Assembly (NCBI GenBank): GCA_965112155.1 | Contig: OZ218108.1 | Direction: 5' to 3' (one strand) | Source: Podarcis liolepis | Taxonomy: Eukaryota | Length of the DNA stretch: 64,000 nt | Shown: piece after piece, positions 23,200-35,501 of the stretch | Numbering within the stretch: the first letter of the stretch is position 1 | Layout: each line of letters starts with the position of its first letter | Position numbers and translations under genes: made by a program | Notes under the pieces: model-generated | What the model was told of the DNA's origin: nothing | Seen by the model: the letters and a program-made list of their open reading frames with translations, nothing else | The model's database searches: none

Positions 23200-24028
23200 A
23201 TGCAGTTTGTGTTTTCAAGATTGGGTGCTATGGCGGAGCTGCTCAGTCTGTGGCGATTGTACAATATAGCTTTGCAGGGCTCTGTCTTGCCCCCCGAGCT
23301 CTTCAATGTCTTCTTGAAACTGACAGGGGAGGTTTGCCAGGGATTTGGGTATCTGCCTTTTCATCTGATCCAGAAGAGGCTGTGGACGTCTGGGCACCAT
23401 GATGGGCTGGGTGTGGGCTGAGGAGCTGGAGCTCAGTCCAGGGAAGGTGGAGGTGCTGCTGTTGGGTGATGTGTTGGACCATGAAAGGTAGACGACAGGG
23501 CTGCACTTCCCCTGTGGCCAGCTCAGGGCTGCATGTGGAGCCAGCTGTGCTGAGAGATGCCTAAGTAGAAACCGATGCCTTACAACGACTCCTGATTTCC
23601 CTTTTGGGAAGGGATGATCTTGTCTTGGATATCCATGCTGTGGTAACACCCAGTTGGAGGACTGCTATGCAGTATATATGGGGCTGCCTATGCAAAACAT
23701 TAGGAAACATCGGTTATTCCAGAGCACAGCAGCCAAGATATTAGCTGGGACTCATTTGGGGGAACTTCACTGGCTTCTGATTTCCATCGGAAAGTGCTGA
23801 TTCTAACCAAGAAAGCTATTTATACCCTGGGGGCTCTTTTCCTGTAAGAACCTCCCTTTCAGTGGAGATCTAATCAGGCCCTTCCAGAAGCTAGAGGGGG
23901 CTGCCACTGCAGAGAGGGCCTTTTCCGTGGGGCTGCCCCACTTTCTTTGCCTGCTCCAGACACATTGACCCGGCCTCCTCATTACTCTCCGCTAAGCCTC
24001 CTGCTTTCCTGACCTTTTAACAGAACTT
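23200..24028 (+). mobile_element. Old L2-type LINE, RT-region relic (left part; resumes at ~26813-26940)
   Basis: Degenerate peptides QGSVLPPELFNVFLKLTGEVCQGFG (RT motif QGSxLSPxLF), LSPGKVEVLL and DCYAVYMGLP; L2-like tail tttgtaagctgcttt after the L1 insert. Confidence 0.7.
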
Positions 24029-24041
24029 GGGATCCGTCATC

Positions 24042-26799
24042 TTTTTTTTAAAAAAATGATATTTATTACTTTTTCAACATTTCCAACACAACACTACAAA
24101 CAAAAAAGAAAAGAGAAAAAACAATACAAATACAATACAAAAACGCTACATGGACTAACAAAACAAAGCAAAAACAAACAAAAACAATTTAAAAACACCT
24201 CAAACATTTTCAATATCTTATATTTCATTCACTTATTTCCAGCGACCTCCTCACACCTCCCTTTTTCCACTTCTATTAATTGTTTCAGCAATTCCTTTCC
24301 ATCTTACTCTGTTTTCTATCCTATAATTATCTTAACACATTCTTGCCTTATTTTTCCTTTAATTTTCTATTAATCTATTTATACTTAATTCCTTATGACA
24401 TTTCTACTAAAGCCATATAACTTCATTCCAACATTTTTCTAACATTCCTTAATTTTACAATATTTCTATAAATAGTCTTTAAACTTTTTCCAATCTTCTT
24501 CCACCGATTCTTCTCCCTGGTCTCGGATTTTGCCAGTCATTTTCGCCAATTCCATATAGTCCATCAACTTCGTCTACCATTGTCCAACACTTCAGTGCTT
24601 TCAAGAAGCAACCATTCTCTCAACCAGCAAAAAGCAGATGGTTCACAACGAAATTTAAAGGTCTGGTAGGGCAGGTCCACCTCCTTCTTTGGCATCCATC
24701 AGTATCTTAAGTTTTACTCAAGGCTTCCTGCCCTGCCAAACAACTCTAGAAACATCCCTCTGCCACCTCCTGAAACACTCCATCCCATCCAAAGCTTGCA
24801 ATGTTTGAAACAAAATCAACACCCCCAGCAATACAGCAGCCCTCATCCCCACCACAGTACAGTGGTGCCCCGCAAGACGAATGCCTCGCAAGACGGAAAA
24901 CTCGCTAGACGAAAGAGTTTTCCGTTTTGGAGGTGCTTTGCAAAACGAATCTCCTATGGGCTTGCTTCGCAAGACGACAATGTCTTGCGAGTTCCTGCTG
25001 GTTTTTTCCCCTCCCCCCCTTTTTCTAAGCCGCTAAGCCGCTTATCAGCTGATCCGATCAGCAGATAAGCCGCTAAAAGCCGCTAATAGCGCTAAGCCGC
25101 TTATCCGCTGATCCGATCAGCAGATAAGCCTCTAAAAGCCGCTAATAGCGCTAATCTGCTAATCCTTCAATGGGCTTGCTTCGCAAGACGAAAAAACTGC
25201 TAGACGAAGAGAATCACAGAGCGGATTCTTTTCGTCTTGCGAGGCACCACTGTAACCCGGCCCAACAGTAACAACTTCTGATTTGTCCATATTTCCAAAT
25301 CCCCCTTCTCTTCAATCCAACATCCTTCACAGTTATCCTTAAACAGATTCACATTTTTGGCAGTCATACTAACCCCCAAATACCTCTCTTTCTCAACCAA
25401 TGGTAGTCCTGTCGCCTCCTGAAACTCTGTCAAGCTTTCCTTTTCCAGTTCAGATAGGGCTCTGGTCCTCAAATTCATCTGTTCTTTAAGTTCAATCATA
25501 ACGAATGTCAGCTTATGTTCATCAGGTTGTATGGATGGGACTCTCCTCTCCAGTTGTATTGCTTTAGATTCAGCAGCAAGGGTTTTTCCCCTGACTTCAT
25601 CTGCAGTTTGCCGTATCAGAGTAGATTCCTGTGTCAGTTTCTGGGTGGTTTCTGAATTGGTATTCACCTTTTGTCCCAAGTTATTTAAACTTTCTACGAT
25701 TAAGTCAATTTCAATATTTGCAGCATCCATTTTCACATTATCACGTCTGTTTTCTTGTGAAGTTGTTCCAGCGAATCGTTTATTTTCAATAATGCAGCCA
25801 CTAAGGCCTCGTCTGTCGACATCCCGTCTGTTTTTTCCTTTCCATTTGCCATAACACTTAAGAGATTCAAGGTCAATTCCAAAGTCTCACACTTTTTTAT
25901 CTTGCAGCTGGAAATTCCCCTAGCCCAGCTTCTGTAAAGTAATCAATTTCAAAAGCTTCCACTAGGGGAAAACAGTTTCTATTTGTATCGGTCAGTATGT
26001 CCTCTTTTAAACACAGTTTCAATAATCCAAAGTTAGTTTCAATTTTCAGTTACTTTCCTCCTTTTTTTTGAAAACAACCGGAGACAGTAGAAACAATGTA
26101 TTCTCTTGTTTAGCTACCTGTCAATGAACGTTCTAAACGCTGTCAATGGATGTTCCAAAAAACATCAATCCTGCTAGCAGCCCGTTTCCAGGGTCAGAGC
26201 GGCGGTATTTTAACTCTCTTAACTCTCTCCTACAGGCATATTCAGTCCACCACTCCCCCCCCCTTCTTCTGTCTCCAAAGGGGGGGGGGTTAGTTCTTTA
26301 CCGATGGAAATTTAGTCTTTTACAGAAGGCTTTCCAAGACTTTAGCTTGAGGCCTCCTTGCTTCAGTTTATCTAAAAAAGGGGGAGCGGACTTCCTGTAT
26401 TGAACCTCCCTGTTTCGATGCCAGATTAAACGTTTAAAAATCCAATTCTTCCCAATTCAGCTCTACTCACGGGTAATTACTTTAGAGTCAAATTGTCCAC
26501 AGGAAAAAGTCAGTGCTCTCCGGCAACAGCTATGCGGCTTTGCTCCGTGGAAGAAGCAGACGATTCGAAGCACCGCGCCACTCACCCCACATCGCTCCGG
26601 ATCCCCGAAACCGGGTTTCCCCGCAAGTAGGGGAGGCGCAAAAGGTGCCCGCCGAATCCCACGTTCACAGGCTTCTCCTGCCTGTGATTTTTATGGGTCT
26701 CCGCCTTCGCCGTGGCGGTACAGACCCAAATTCCCACGGGGCAAATTCCTCCCGATCAGAGGAATTCCGCCATTGCCGGAGGCACCAACCCGGAAGCCC
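24042..26799 (-). mobile_element. Internally deleted L1-type element with both ends and a 13-bp TSD
   Basis: TSD GGGATCCGTCATC (24029-24041) / GGGATCTGTCATC (26800-26812); T-run and TTTATT (AATAAA on minus) at left; CpG-rich 5'UTR starting GGGCTTCCGG at right; ORF1-like coiled coil and ORF2 pieces (YLGVSMTAKN, LLGRV, WQGRKP, GGGPALPDL, KLMDYMELAKMT). Confidence 0.88.
24860..25252. mobile_element. Tc1/mariner (pogo/Tigger-like) MITE, 393 bp, inserted in L1 ORF2
   Basis: TIRs CAGTGGTGCCCCGCAAGACGAA / TTCGTCTTGCGAGGCACCACTG (21/22), TA on both sides; removing it restores L1 codons R-V-T-V-V. Confidence 0.93.
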
Positions 26800-26991
26800 G
26801 GGATCTGTCATCATTACCAGGTTTTTTATTTATTTGTACTGTATTTTTGAGTACCTTTGAGTATTGTTTCTACTTTTGCTCCTTTTATTGAAATCAGTGA
26901 TATTTAAGTGGTCATTTGTAAGCTGCTTTCAGGACAAGGCAAAAGGAAAAAGTAAACTTACATGGGCCTCTGGTTTTCTAATCGTCAGAGG

Positions 26992-27190
26992 CAGGGCCGG
27001 CCCACCCATGAGGCAAGGTGAGGCAACCGCCTCGGGCGGCAAGCTTCACAGGTGCAGCAGATCCCAATGTAGATCTTTATCCCCGCCCCGTTATGGATGT
27101 AGATTTTCATTCAGCCCTTATTCCCAAGCAGGGAAGGAGAGACCATTTTGTGGTTCGCCTCAGGTGCCCAAATGTCTTGGGCCAGCCCTG
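26992..27190. mobile_element. hAT-type MITE, 199 bp
   Basis: TIRs CAGGGCCGGCCC / GGGCCAGCCCTG; 8-bp TSD GTCAGAGG / GTTAGAGG. Confidence 0.85.
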
Positions 27191-28689
27191 GTTAGAGGGA
27201 TTATGCTCCCTTCATCTTGCTTCAGGAAGGGCGTCACGGTGCCTGCAGGGTGCTTCTCGGTTAACAGTGCAACCCCTGTATCTGTGCCCAAGTGGCATGA
27301 AACCTGGCGGGCAGCACAGTGACTTAGAGAGCGCGGAAAGCTGCAGCTAAGGACTTTGTTAGTCTGCAAAGTGGTTGCCAAGTTAACAAGAGATGCCCTC
27401 AAGTTGCTGCTGCTGCTGTCGTTTCACATTTAATTAACGCTAAACCTAAAGCGGAGACGGCTGCTGCAGAACAGCTTTGTTTGATGGGCACTCAGCTTCT
27501 TTAAAAGGGTCTCCTCCTCGACAGCAGTTGGCCAGCTTTTCCCTTCCTCCTCTCGGCCTCCTCCCTCCCTGGGCAAAGGAGCCCCATAACCCCCAGAAGA
27601 CCCCCTAAGTGTCAGCCAAGGGACCTTTTCGTTTGGTACTTTTGTCGGCTATCTGAGCTGCCAAGGCTCTTCTTCCTTGAGAGCAGATTTTGAATGAAAA
27701 TGGATGAAGTGGGTCTTCTGTGAGCTAGAGCAGCTCAGCAGGATCCCACTCCATTCTGAGTGTAAGATGCAGTTTGTGTTTTCAAGAAAATTGCGCATGT
27801 TACAAAGATTAAGCTTCCTGGTCGTTCTCTGGAGAATCATTGTCCGCAGGAGGCCTGGCAGGTTCCTTACACAGTATTCTGCAACCCATCGATAGTTTGC
27901 GGAGACACCTCCAGGTTTAAGAGCATGAATGGAGGAGAGATGGAATCCTCTGCAACTGTGCTGATGTTTGCGTTGGGCTGAAAGGGGTGCGTGAACATCC
28001 CGGGATCAGCTGCCACCCAGTGACCCTTCCCATTGCCCCAGGGCGGGTTCAGCACCGGGAGTGGAGTTTCTCTTCCCCCTGGGCTGGGAAGCCAGTTTCC
28101 TCCGGACGTTCGCTGCCCCTTGGAAAGCAGAAGAGCTGCCTGCTCACAAGGCTGGAGCTGGAAAGCTGAGACATGGGCGCGTCGAACCTCTGCTGACGTC
28201 TCCAGATGTAATTGTCTCAAAGGGGGAATCAGAAAGCACAGCTCATCAGGGGAATAATCACGCATAAACACAGGATTTCGGTGAGATGCTGAGCGTGATA
28301 ATAGGCTGGGCCCCTGCAAGAATGATTACAGAGCCAGGCGGAAGCTTTTAAGCAGCGACACTGTAGTTAACCACCCAGCTGGCTAGTTCGAGAGGATTTA
28401 ATGGTAATCAAAACTGTTACATGCGGCTGCCTCATCTACACCTGATATTGATCATCAGCTGCAGGGAGGCTCTCATCTCTTGTAGCAGCTGGACTGGCTC
28501 TGGTAGCGAAGGAATAAATATATCACAAAGTACCCCGCTAACTCCCCTCCCCCTCCCCACAAAGCACCCGGCTACACTGCCACGTGGCTGGAAGAATACC
28601 ATGCCTGGCAGCTTCTGAAACATTGGCATGACTTGGGCAGAGAGAGACCGCCCACATTTGACCACTTGCAGTGTCATCCTGTTAAAAAT

Positions 28690-29340
28690 GCACAGAGTGT
28701 GGTTCTGAGAGAGGAGGAGTTGTGTTTTATGTGAAGGATGTGTAGACTTGTGAATAAATATATGACTGGAGCATAGAAAACAAATTGAGAGTATAGGGGT
28801 AAAAGCTGTAGGAGACAGAAGCACCTTACTGGGGGGGGGGGGTGTCTGCTATAGACCTCCAAGCCAGACTGAAGACTTGGGTGGTGCAGATTACCAGCCA
28901 TTCAGAAAAGAGAGCTATAGAAGTCGTGGGAGACTTCAACTTCCCTGATATCTGTTGGAATGCAAACTCTGCCAAGAAGGTGAGGTCCAGCCTGCACTCT
29001 GGCTCTGAGAAGGCCAATTTCAAAAAGCTTAAGGAAAGGAGCTGCTGGGTGAGATTCCCAAGGTCAGAAATACTCAAAGAGAAGGGAGTCCAAGTTGGGT
29101 GGGGGTTTCTAAAAGGAGAAACTGGAGTTTCTGTGAAACACAGTGTTTGGGCTTATTATATGCGTCTCAGGCTCTCTCTCCACACACACCCACACCCACA
29201 CACACCCCAACTACTGGTGCACTTGACTCTCGAGAAGCCTGCTTGATGCAGCATTTCCAGAGCAGTTGAGATTCCTGCACTGCAGGGGTTGGGCTAGATG
29301 ACTCTTGGGGTCCCTCCCGACTCTGCAATTCTATGATTCT
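28690..29340 (+). mobile_element. CR1 relic: endonuclease-domain fragment followed closely by a CR1 3' end
   Basis: GVCYRPPSQTEDL and VVGDFNFPDICW (APE endonuclease motifs), KANFKKLKE; terminal gattcctgcactgcaggggttggg...attctatgattct; bounds approximate. Confidence 0.78.
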
Positions 29341-30927
29341 AAGCCCGAAAAGAGAGGTGGCACCCCCTGGCCCATCCAGAGAGGGCAGAGCAGCGCCACC
29401 CCCGGGGAGCGAGAGGAGCACAGTCAGAGAGAGGCCTTCCGTGAGTCCGAATGGAGCTCTGCTTCCCAGTGGAAGCCGAAGGCAGGAAGGTTTCGGATGG
29501 ACGGCAGCCTCCCTGGGAACATCTCCCGTTTAATTCACTCTCAGCCGTACAAATTGCCAGGCGTTTAAAAGGTGTCAATTAATGGATCCCGAGTTACAGG
29601 TCAGAGGCAACTGGAAGCGCCGCAAAGGCTTGGGGGAGAGCGAGGGAAATGCCACTGCCCTGATTGACAGAAGCTTCGCCGTTCGCCCATGACCCATTTT
29701 TTCACTTTCTTCTTCATTTTCTTCGGGTTGCTTGGCAACAGATGGTGCATTCTTAAAAAGGCTAAATCCCAAGCCGTGAGCACAGGCTCTGCGATGAGGC
29801 AGGTCGTGCGTTTTCCTCCCCAGGCCGGGTGGTTGCCAGGGCTGGTTAGGATGAGTAATTGTTCCCATCATGGGTCCACCTGGGCCTCTGCCTTTCATTC
29901 CGTCCTTTCTGTCGCTTGCCCTTTGTGAGCTGAGACATTGGCCACAGGAGCCAGCCCGTCTTGCTAGACACACACACACAAACCTGTTCTGGGGCTGCGG
30001 GGAGAGAGGTGGACCCAAAAATGACTTTAGTCCAGACACATGCATCCTCTGTCCCTTGTACCTTTAGGTTGGCTTCAATATCGCATTTGCACACCAGAGA
30101 TTGCTTCCAAAATGACTTCTGAAAAGGCTGCGTGCCTCTGGAAAGGAGGTTTTCCGTAAGGATTCAAGAGCAAGCTGTGAGATGCTGGCTTGGTTCCTTC
30201 CTGCTCAGTGTAGCACCCCAGGAAACAGCCGCAGGAGTGGCAAATGTTCATGTCAAGTGATTTTTACCTGTGTCGCAATAAGCAGCCGTGCGGACAGGTT
30301 CCAAAAGTGCCTTCCTGTGGGGATCCAGGACCAAGGACGAGGGTTACAGCTTTTCCTCCTGGGAACGAGCTCAGCTTCTGCTGGGGATTGTCCAAGCTCC
30401 GTGCCAAGATCACACGCAGGGTTGTTTTTGTATCGACTGGAGACTCAATGGCTTTAAACTGATGTGAAAAGCAAACAGCAGCCTGTCTTCACATCTTGAG
30501 GAAACATCATATTGGGCTGCCTGGGAAAGAGATGGTTGCCGGGCAGAGCCCAGCTCCCTCTGCCAGTTGTCTCAGGTCTCCCAACCTCACAGCTGGCAGA
30601 GATCTCCAGGCCCTTCTGGGTGGGGGAAGCATCATCTGGCGGGCTCAGCTTATATGTACAAGATTTCAGCTGGATGTGAGGAAGGATGCAAAGTGGTGGC
30701 TTTGCATCTTTTCCTTTGGCCTGGAATCCCTCAATCCTTCCTCCTTTCCTCAGCAAATGGTGCCTTTCTTTAGGAAAGCCGAGCCTTATACAGCAGAGGG
30801 CATTTGGGGCAGTGGAGGAGTGAGGGAGATACTTTTTAAAGGCAGGAGACTGAGCTACACGACAGTGCGCTCCCTCCTTGAACATCTTGAGACTTAGGCT
30901 GGTGCGCTGCTCGTTTGGAGCTCTTGG

Positions 30928-31290
30928 AGCCTCGGTCCAGTAGACCTGAAGGAGCATCTCCACCCCCATCGTTCTACCCGGACACTGAGGTCCAGCTCCG
31001 AGGGCCTTCTGGCGGTTCCCTCATTGCGAGAAGTGATGTTACGGGGAACCAGGCAGAGGGCCTTCTCGATGGTGGTGCCCTCCCAGTGGAACGCCCTCCC
31101 ACCTGATGCCAAAGAGAAAAACAGCTATCAGACTTTTAGAAGACATCTGGAGGCAGCCCTGTTTAGGGAAGCTTTTAATGTTTAATAGGGTTATTGTATT
31201 TTAATATTCTGTTGGAAGCCGCCCAGAGTGGCTGGGGAAACCCAGTCAGATGGGCGGGGTATACATAATAAATTGTTGTTGTTGTTGTTA
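30928..31290 (+). mobile_element. L2-type LINE 3' end with (TTG)n tail
   Basis: acctgaaggagcatctccacccccatcg...gggaaccaggcagagggccttctcg...gaagccgcccagagtggctgggg...aataaattgttgttgttgttg; close copy at 46745-46955. Confidence 0.85.
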
Positions 31291-31296
31291 TCTTGA

Positions 31297-31758
<462 letters not shown>

Positions 31759-32822
31759 TAAAGGGACATTGTGTGAGCGAGACACAGAGAGAGACCCACT
31801 TCAGTCTGTGCTCAGCCAATAATTTAGTTGCTGGGCCTCAAAAATACAAGCTGCAAAATCTTCCCACCTGGAAGCCCTCTCAGAGTCTGGCAGAGAGGCC
31901 ACAGAAGTGGCTTCCCTGAGCCTTTCCCTGCAGGGCTGCCTTCTGAGCTCTGACTCGGCTGCCCTGCCAGGAGTGTCTGCAACCTCTGACTGGGCTCAGA
32001 ACCCAGATCCGCTGCCTCTCGCTGCGCACACAAGCAAGAGAACAGCTGCCGTGAAGACCCCTCCCCCAGAAGAGTGTTGTGGGCAGAAGCAAAGCCGTCC
32101 GCAGACACCTCTCTTTCACACCCCCCACGAGGCAGCAATATTTGGGGAAGAGTCTGGCTTGGTGAGAGCTCGAGGCAGATGGTGCCTGAGTTTGGGGGGA
32201 GGGCTTGCTTGCCTGCAAGAGTCCTCCGCTGCCCCCCTGCTCTGCTGAGCCCTCTCCTGCTTTCTTGCCTGGGCTCTCATGGGAAGGGAAGGTTTGGGGG
32301 GGGGGGCACATTTCAGAGAGGGGCACTTGGCTGTGTCACAGAGGGAACGCTACTCCTCTCGCAGCCTGTGAAGTTGTCTTCTTCTCCATCTTCCTGATGG
32401 GCAGCTCCAAGGCAGGTGCTCCCAGGGCAGCCTTGACTTGACTCTTGGCTGAGCCATCCCAGGGCTCTGAAGACATGGAAGCCACCTTCCGCCTCTTCCC
32501 TTGTCTCCTTCCTCTGGAATTGGATCCCCTGGGAGCAAAGGGCTGTTTCAGTTTCTTGAAGCCCAAGGCCTCCAACTCCAGGCTTTTGTAGCCAAGGGCA
32601 GGATCCTGCCACTGACACTGCAGTGGCTGAGGGGACACCGGGCTGCAGAGAATGGAGAATGGGCTGCAAAGTTTGCTTGTGAGCCAGGTAGGCAGGAGCA
32701 GGGCTGTCTTGCTGGCACAGCTCTCTGTCTGCAGAGCCCCAACGCTGGTCTTTTGAGAGGCCCCCAAATGGGGGAAGGGGTGCAGTCCTAGCCTTGGGGT
32801 ACAGAGCGCAGGGTTAACTCTG

Positions 32823-33061
32823 CTTTTTAAAAGAAAAGGTTTCTTCTTCTTTTTGGGTTTTTCAAAGACTTACAAACATACAAATTACAAAGACACAAAT
32901 CACATACATTTCTGATACACATATATTTGACTTCCTTCCCTCGTTTTGTGGTTTCTTTTTGTTTAAAATTTCCACCCTGAATTTTCCACATTGCTCCATC
33001 TTTAAGTTATTATCTAGTTTCTCTTAATAATACTTTTAGCTGTTTGTTTTACGTTAACCCT
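32823..33061 (-). mobile_element. 5'-truncated L1-like 3'UTR insertion
   Basis: AT-rich block in GC-rich intron flanked by CGCAGGGTTAACTCTG (32807-32822) / CGCAGGGTTAGCTCCG (33062-33077), 14/16 match. Confidence 0.6.
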
Positions 33062-33193
33062 CGCAGGGTTAGCTCCGGCTGCCGCTCCCCTTTCTTCCTC
33101 CAGCCAACCTTGCTGTGCTTTTGTGGACACCCAAACCGTGTTAGGTGAGGCTCAGGGTTTCCCTCTTGAAAATGGGCTCGTTTTTCCTTTTAG

Positions 33194-33309
33194 AAAAAAG
33201 AACAGACAAGTCTGCCGTGTCCGGTGCCATCCGCCTGCAGATCAACGTGGAGATTAAAGGTGAAGAGAAGGTGGCCCCTTACCATGTCCAGTACACCTGC
33301 CTTCATGAG
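33194..33309 (+). CDS. UNC13B: Exon: [38 protein letters not shown]
   Basis: ttttag| acceptor, GAG|gtaagc donor; 116 nt, phase 1-0. Confidence 0.96.
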
Positions 33310-35337
33310 GTAAGCTCCGCAGCATGGTGGAGGCCCAAGGCGGCAGCGTCGTTTCTCGTCTTACAAAAAGAATGTTGTGGCACAGCGAATTCAGCATCCC
33401 CAAGGGCGGTTCCTCTGACTCTGGAAACCCCTCTCTCTTGCCTGCGTCTCTTGGATTCCTGGGGAAACTGGCAGGCTAGTGGGGCAGAATGGGGGGAGAT
33501 TCTGGACAGACAGAAGCATGTCCTTCTTCACACATGCTTAAGCTATGGATTGCGCTCCTGCAAGACGCCATGACGGCCACCAGCTTGGACTGCTTTAAAG
33601 AAGGATGAAGCAGATTCGTGGAGGAGGAGGAGAGGGCTATTGATGGCTACGAGACTCCTTGGCTTTGCTCTGCCTCCCTGTTGGTGGCAGGGATGCCTCT
33701 GAATGCCAGGTCCCGATTTGGCTTTGGGTGCCTTGTTAGCTTCTCCAGAAAAGATTTGCAGGCTGCTGCCCAAAACAGTCTCCTGCTCTTGTGGGCACAG
33801 CCTGCTTCGATTTGTGCAGGGTGGCCCCCTGCCTAGGGAAAGAGAGGCACGTCCGTTTCCTTTGCTTATTTATTAGCTCCAAGGACGTTGTGCTGACTTT
33901 TGGTCGCTGCTCAGGAATGAGCAAGTTCATGGCCTGCTGGCATCTCCTGCACTGCAGCCTCTGGGCTCCAATTAAAGTCCTGGAAGAATCCTGGTTCTGG
34001 GATGATTAGGCAGTCATGTCCTCAAAGTTTCAACAAGGACCAAATGGAAAGGACTCCATCTTCCCAACATTGTCCTTTTCCGGCTGCGTTGGCTGACGGG
34101 CCTTTTGCAGTGGTGTGACTGTTCATTCCTGAGCCCCAGAGCGGAGAAGAGCTGTCCCTGAGCAGGCTGACAAGACGGAAAGCTCAAAGATGATTTGGGC
34201 CCGAAATTGAGCCAGCGGGGATGTCATTAGGAAATTCATTTGCATGACAGCAGCAAAGAACAGAAAGCTGGCCAGTAATGAATGTCTAGCAGGACACCAG
34301 TATGTGATCTGCTTAAGCCATTTCCTCACCTTCTTTCTCTGCCCGGCCACCTGATGGTTTCATAGCCCCTCCAAAAGGGGGGTTAATTGGGGTCGCTTTA
34401 GGGAGTCCCATTTTGCTCTGGGAAGTGTGGTTCAAACTCCACCTGAGTTGAAGCAGGCAAGCTGGCTCAGGACCAGGCCCCTTGCCGCCAACGGGCTCAT
34501 CCTCTGGGGCTGCCTGGCCTGTTTAAGGAAGCGCTTTGCTCCAGGCCGGCCTCACAACCTTCTCTGGTTTTGCCTGCCCAGCAGAGCTGCCCAGTCTGCG
34601 ACCTGGTTCACTTGTGGAGAACAGAAGAAGAGCCTGCTGGATCAGGCCAGGGGAGCTGCGAGTGGGAAATGGGAACTCCACACAGAGGGATAGTTGGAGA
34701 GAAGCAGCACACTGATCTTGGTAGCTCAGGCACAGAAGAGGAGCCTTTTGGACCCTGCATGCCACCCCTCAGGCATCGAGGGCAGCATCTCTGTGGTCAC
34801 TTCTATCCCCCCTTTGCATAGAGAGCTCATGGGTGACCTGCCCTGATTCGATCCCCTGCCCATTGTATCTTCACAACACCCCTGTGAAGTAGAAAAGGTG
34901 TCAAGGTCACCCAGAGAGGATTTGAACGCTTCACACAAGTTCTTGGCAATAGCCCTCACCTTGAGCTTGAGCTTTCTGCAGAAGGGGTTGATTAACCAGA
35001 AAAGATTTGGGTGGGACAGCAGAGGTTGTCAGGATGCAGTGCAGGGGGGGAGAGCAGCCTTCAGGCCAGGGGGAAGGCGAGGGTGGGGGACGAAACCCCA
35101 CAAGTTTCCCCAAGCTACAAAGGCAGGTGGACTCTGGCCACTGGGCATCTGCTCTTCCCTTTCTGAGTTCTTTAAGAGTACCCCATGTATGTCAACGATA
35201 AAGGGAACCTAACTATGAGGGTGCTCTGTACCACTCCGACCTTCTGTTGGGTCCACACCCGAAGCAGTGCTGTGTCCGTGTCTGTGGCAGCAGCAGCCCC
35301 TGCGTTGATGTGCTGGTCTGCTCCTTTTCTGTTCCAG

Positions 35338-35501
35338 AACCTCTTCCACCACCTGACCGATGTGCAAGGAAACGGGGTGGTGAAGGTTCCTGATGCCAAA
35401 GGGGATGACGCCTGGAAGGTTTACTTTGATGAGACAGGCCAGGAGATTGTGGACGAGTTTGCCATGCGCTACGGGATCGAGTCCATCTACCAGGCCATGA
35501 C
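35338..35501 (+). CDS. UNC13B: Exon: MUN region [10 protein letters not shown]...[11 protein letters not shown]
   Basis: gttccag| acceptor, AC|gtgagt donor; 164 nt, phase 0-2. Confidence 0.96.
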
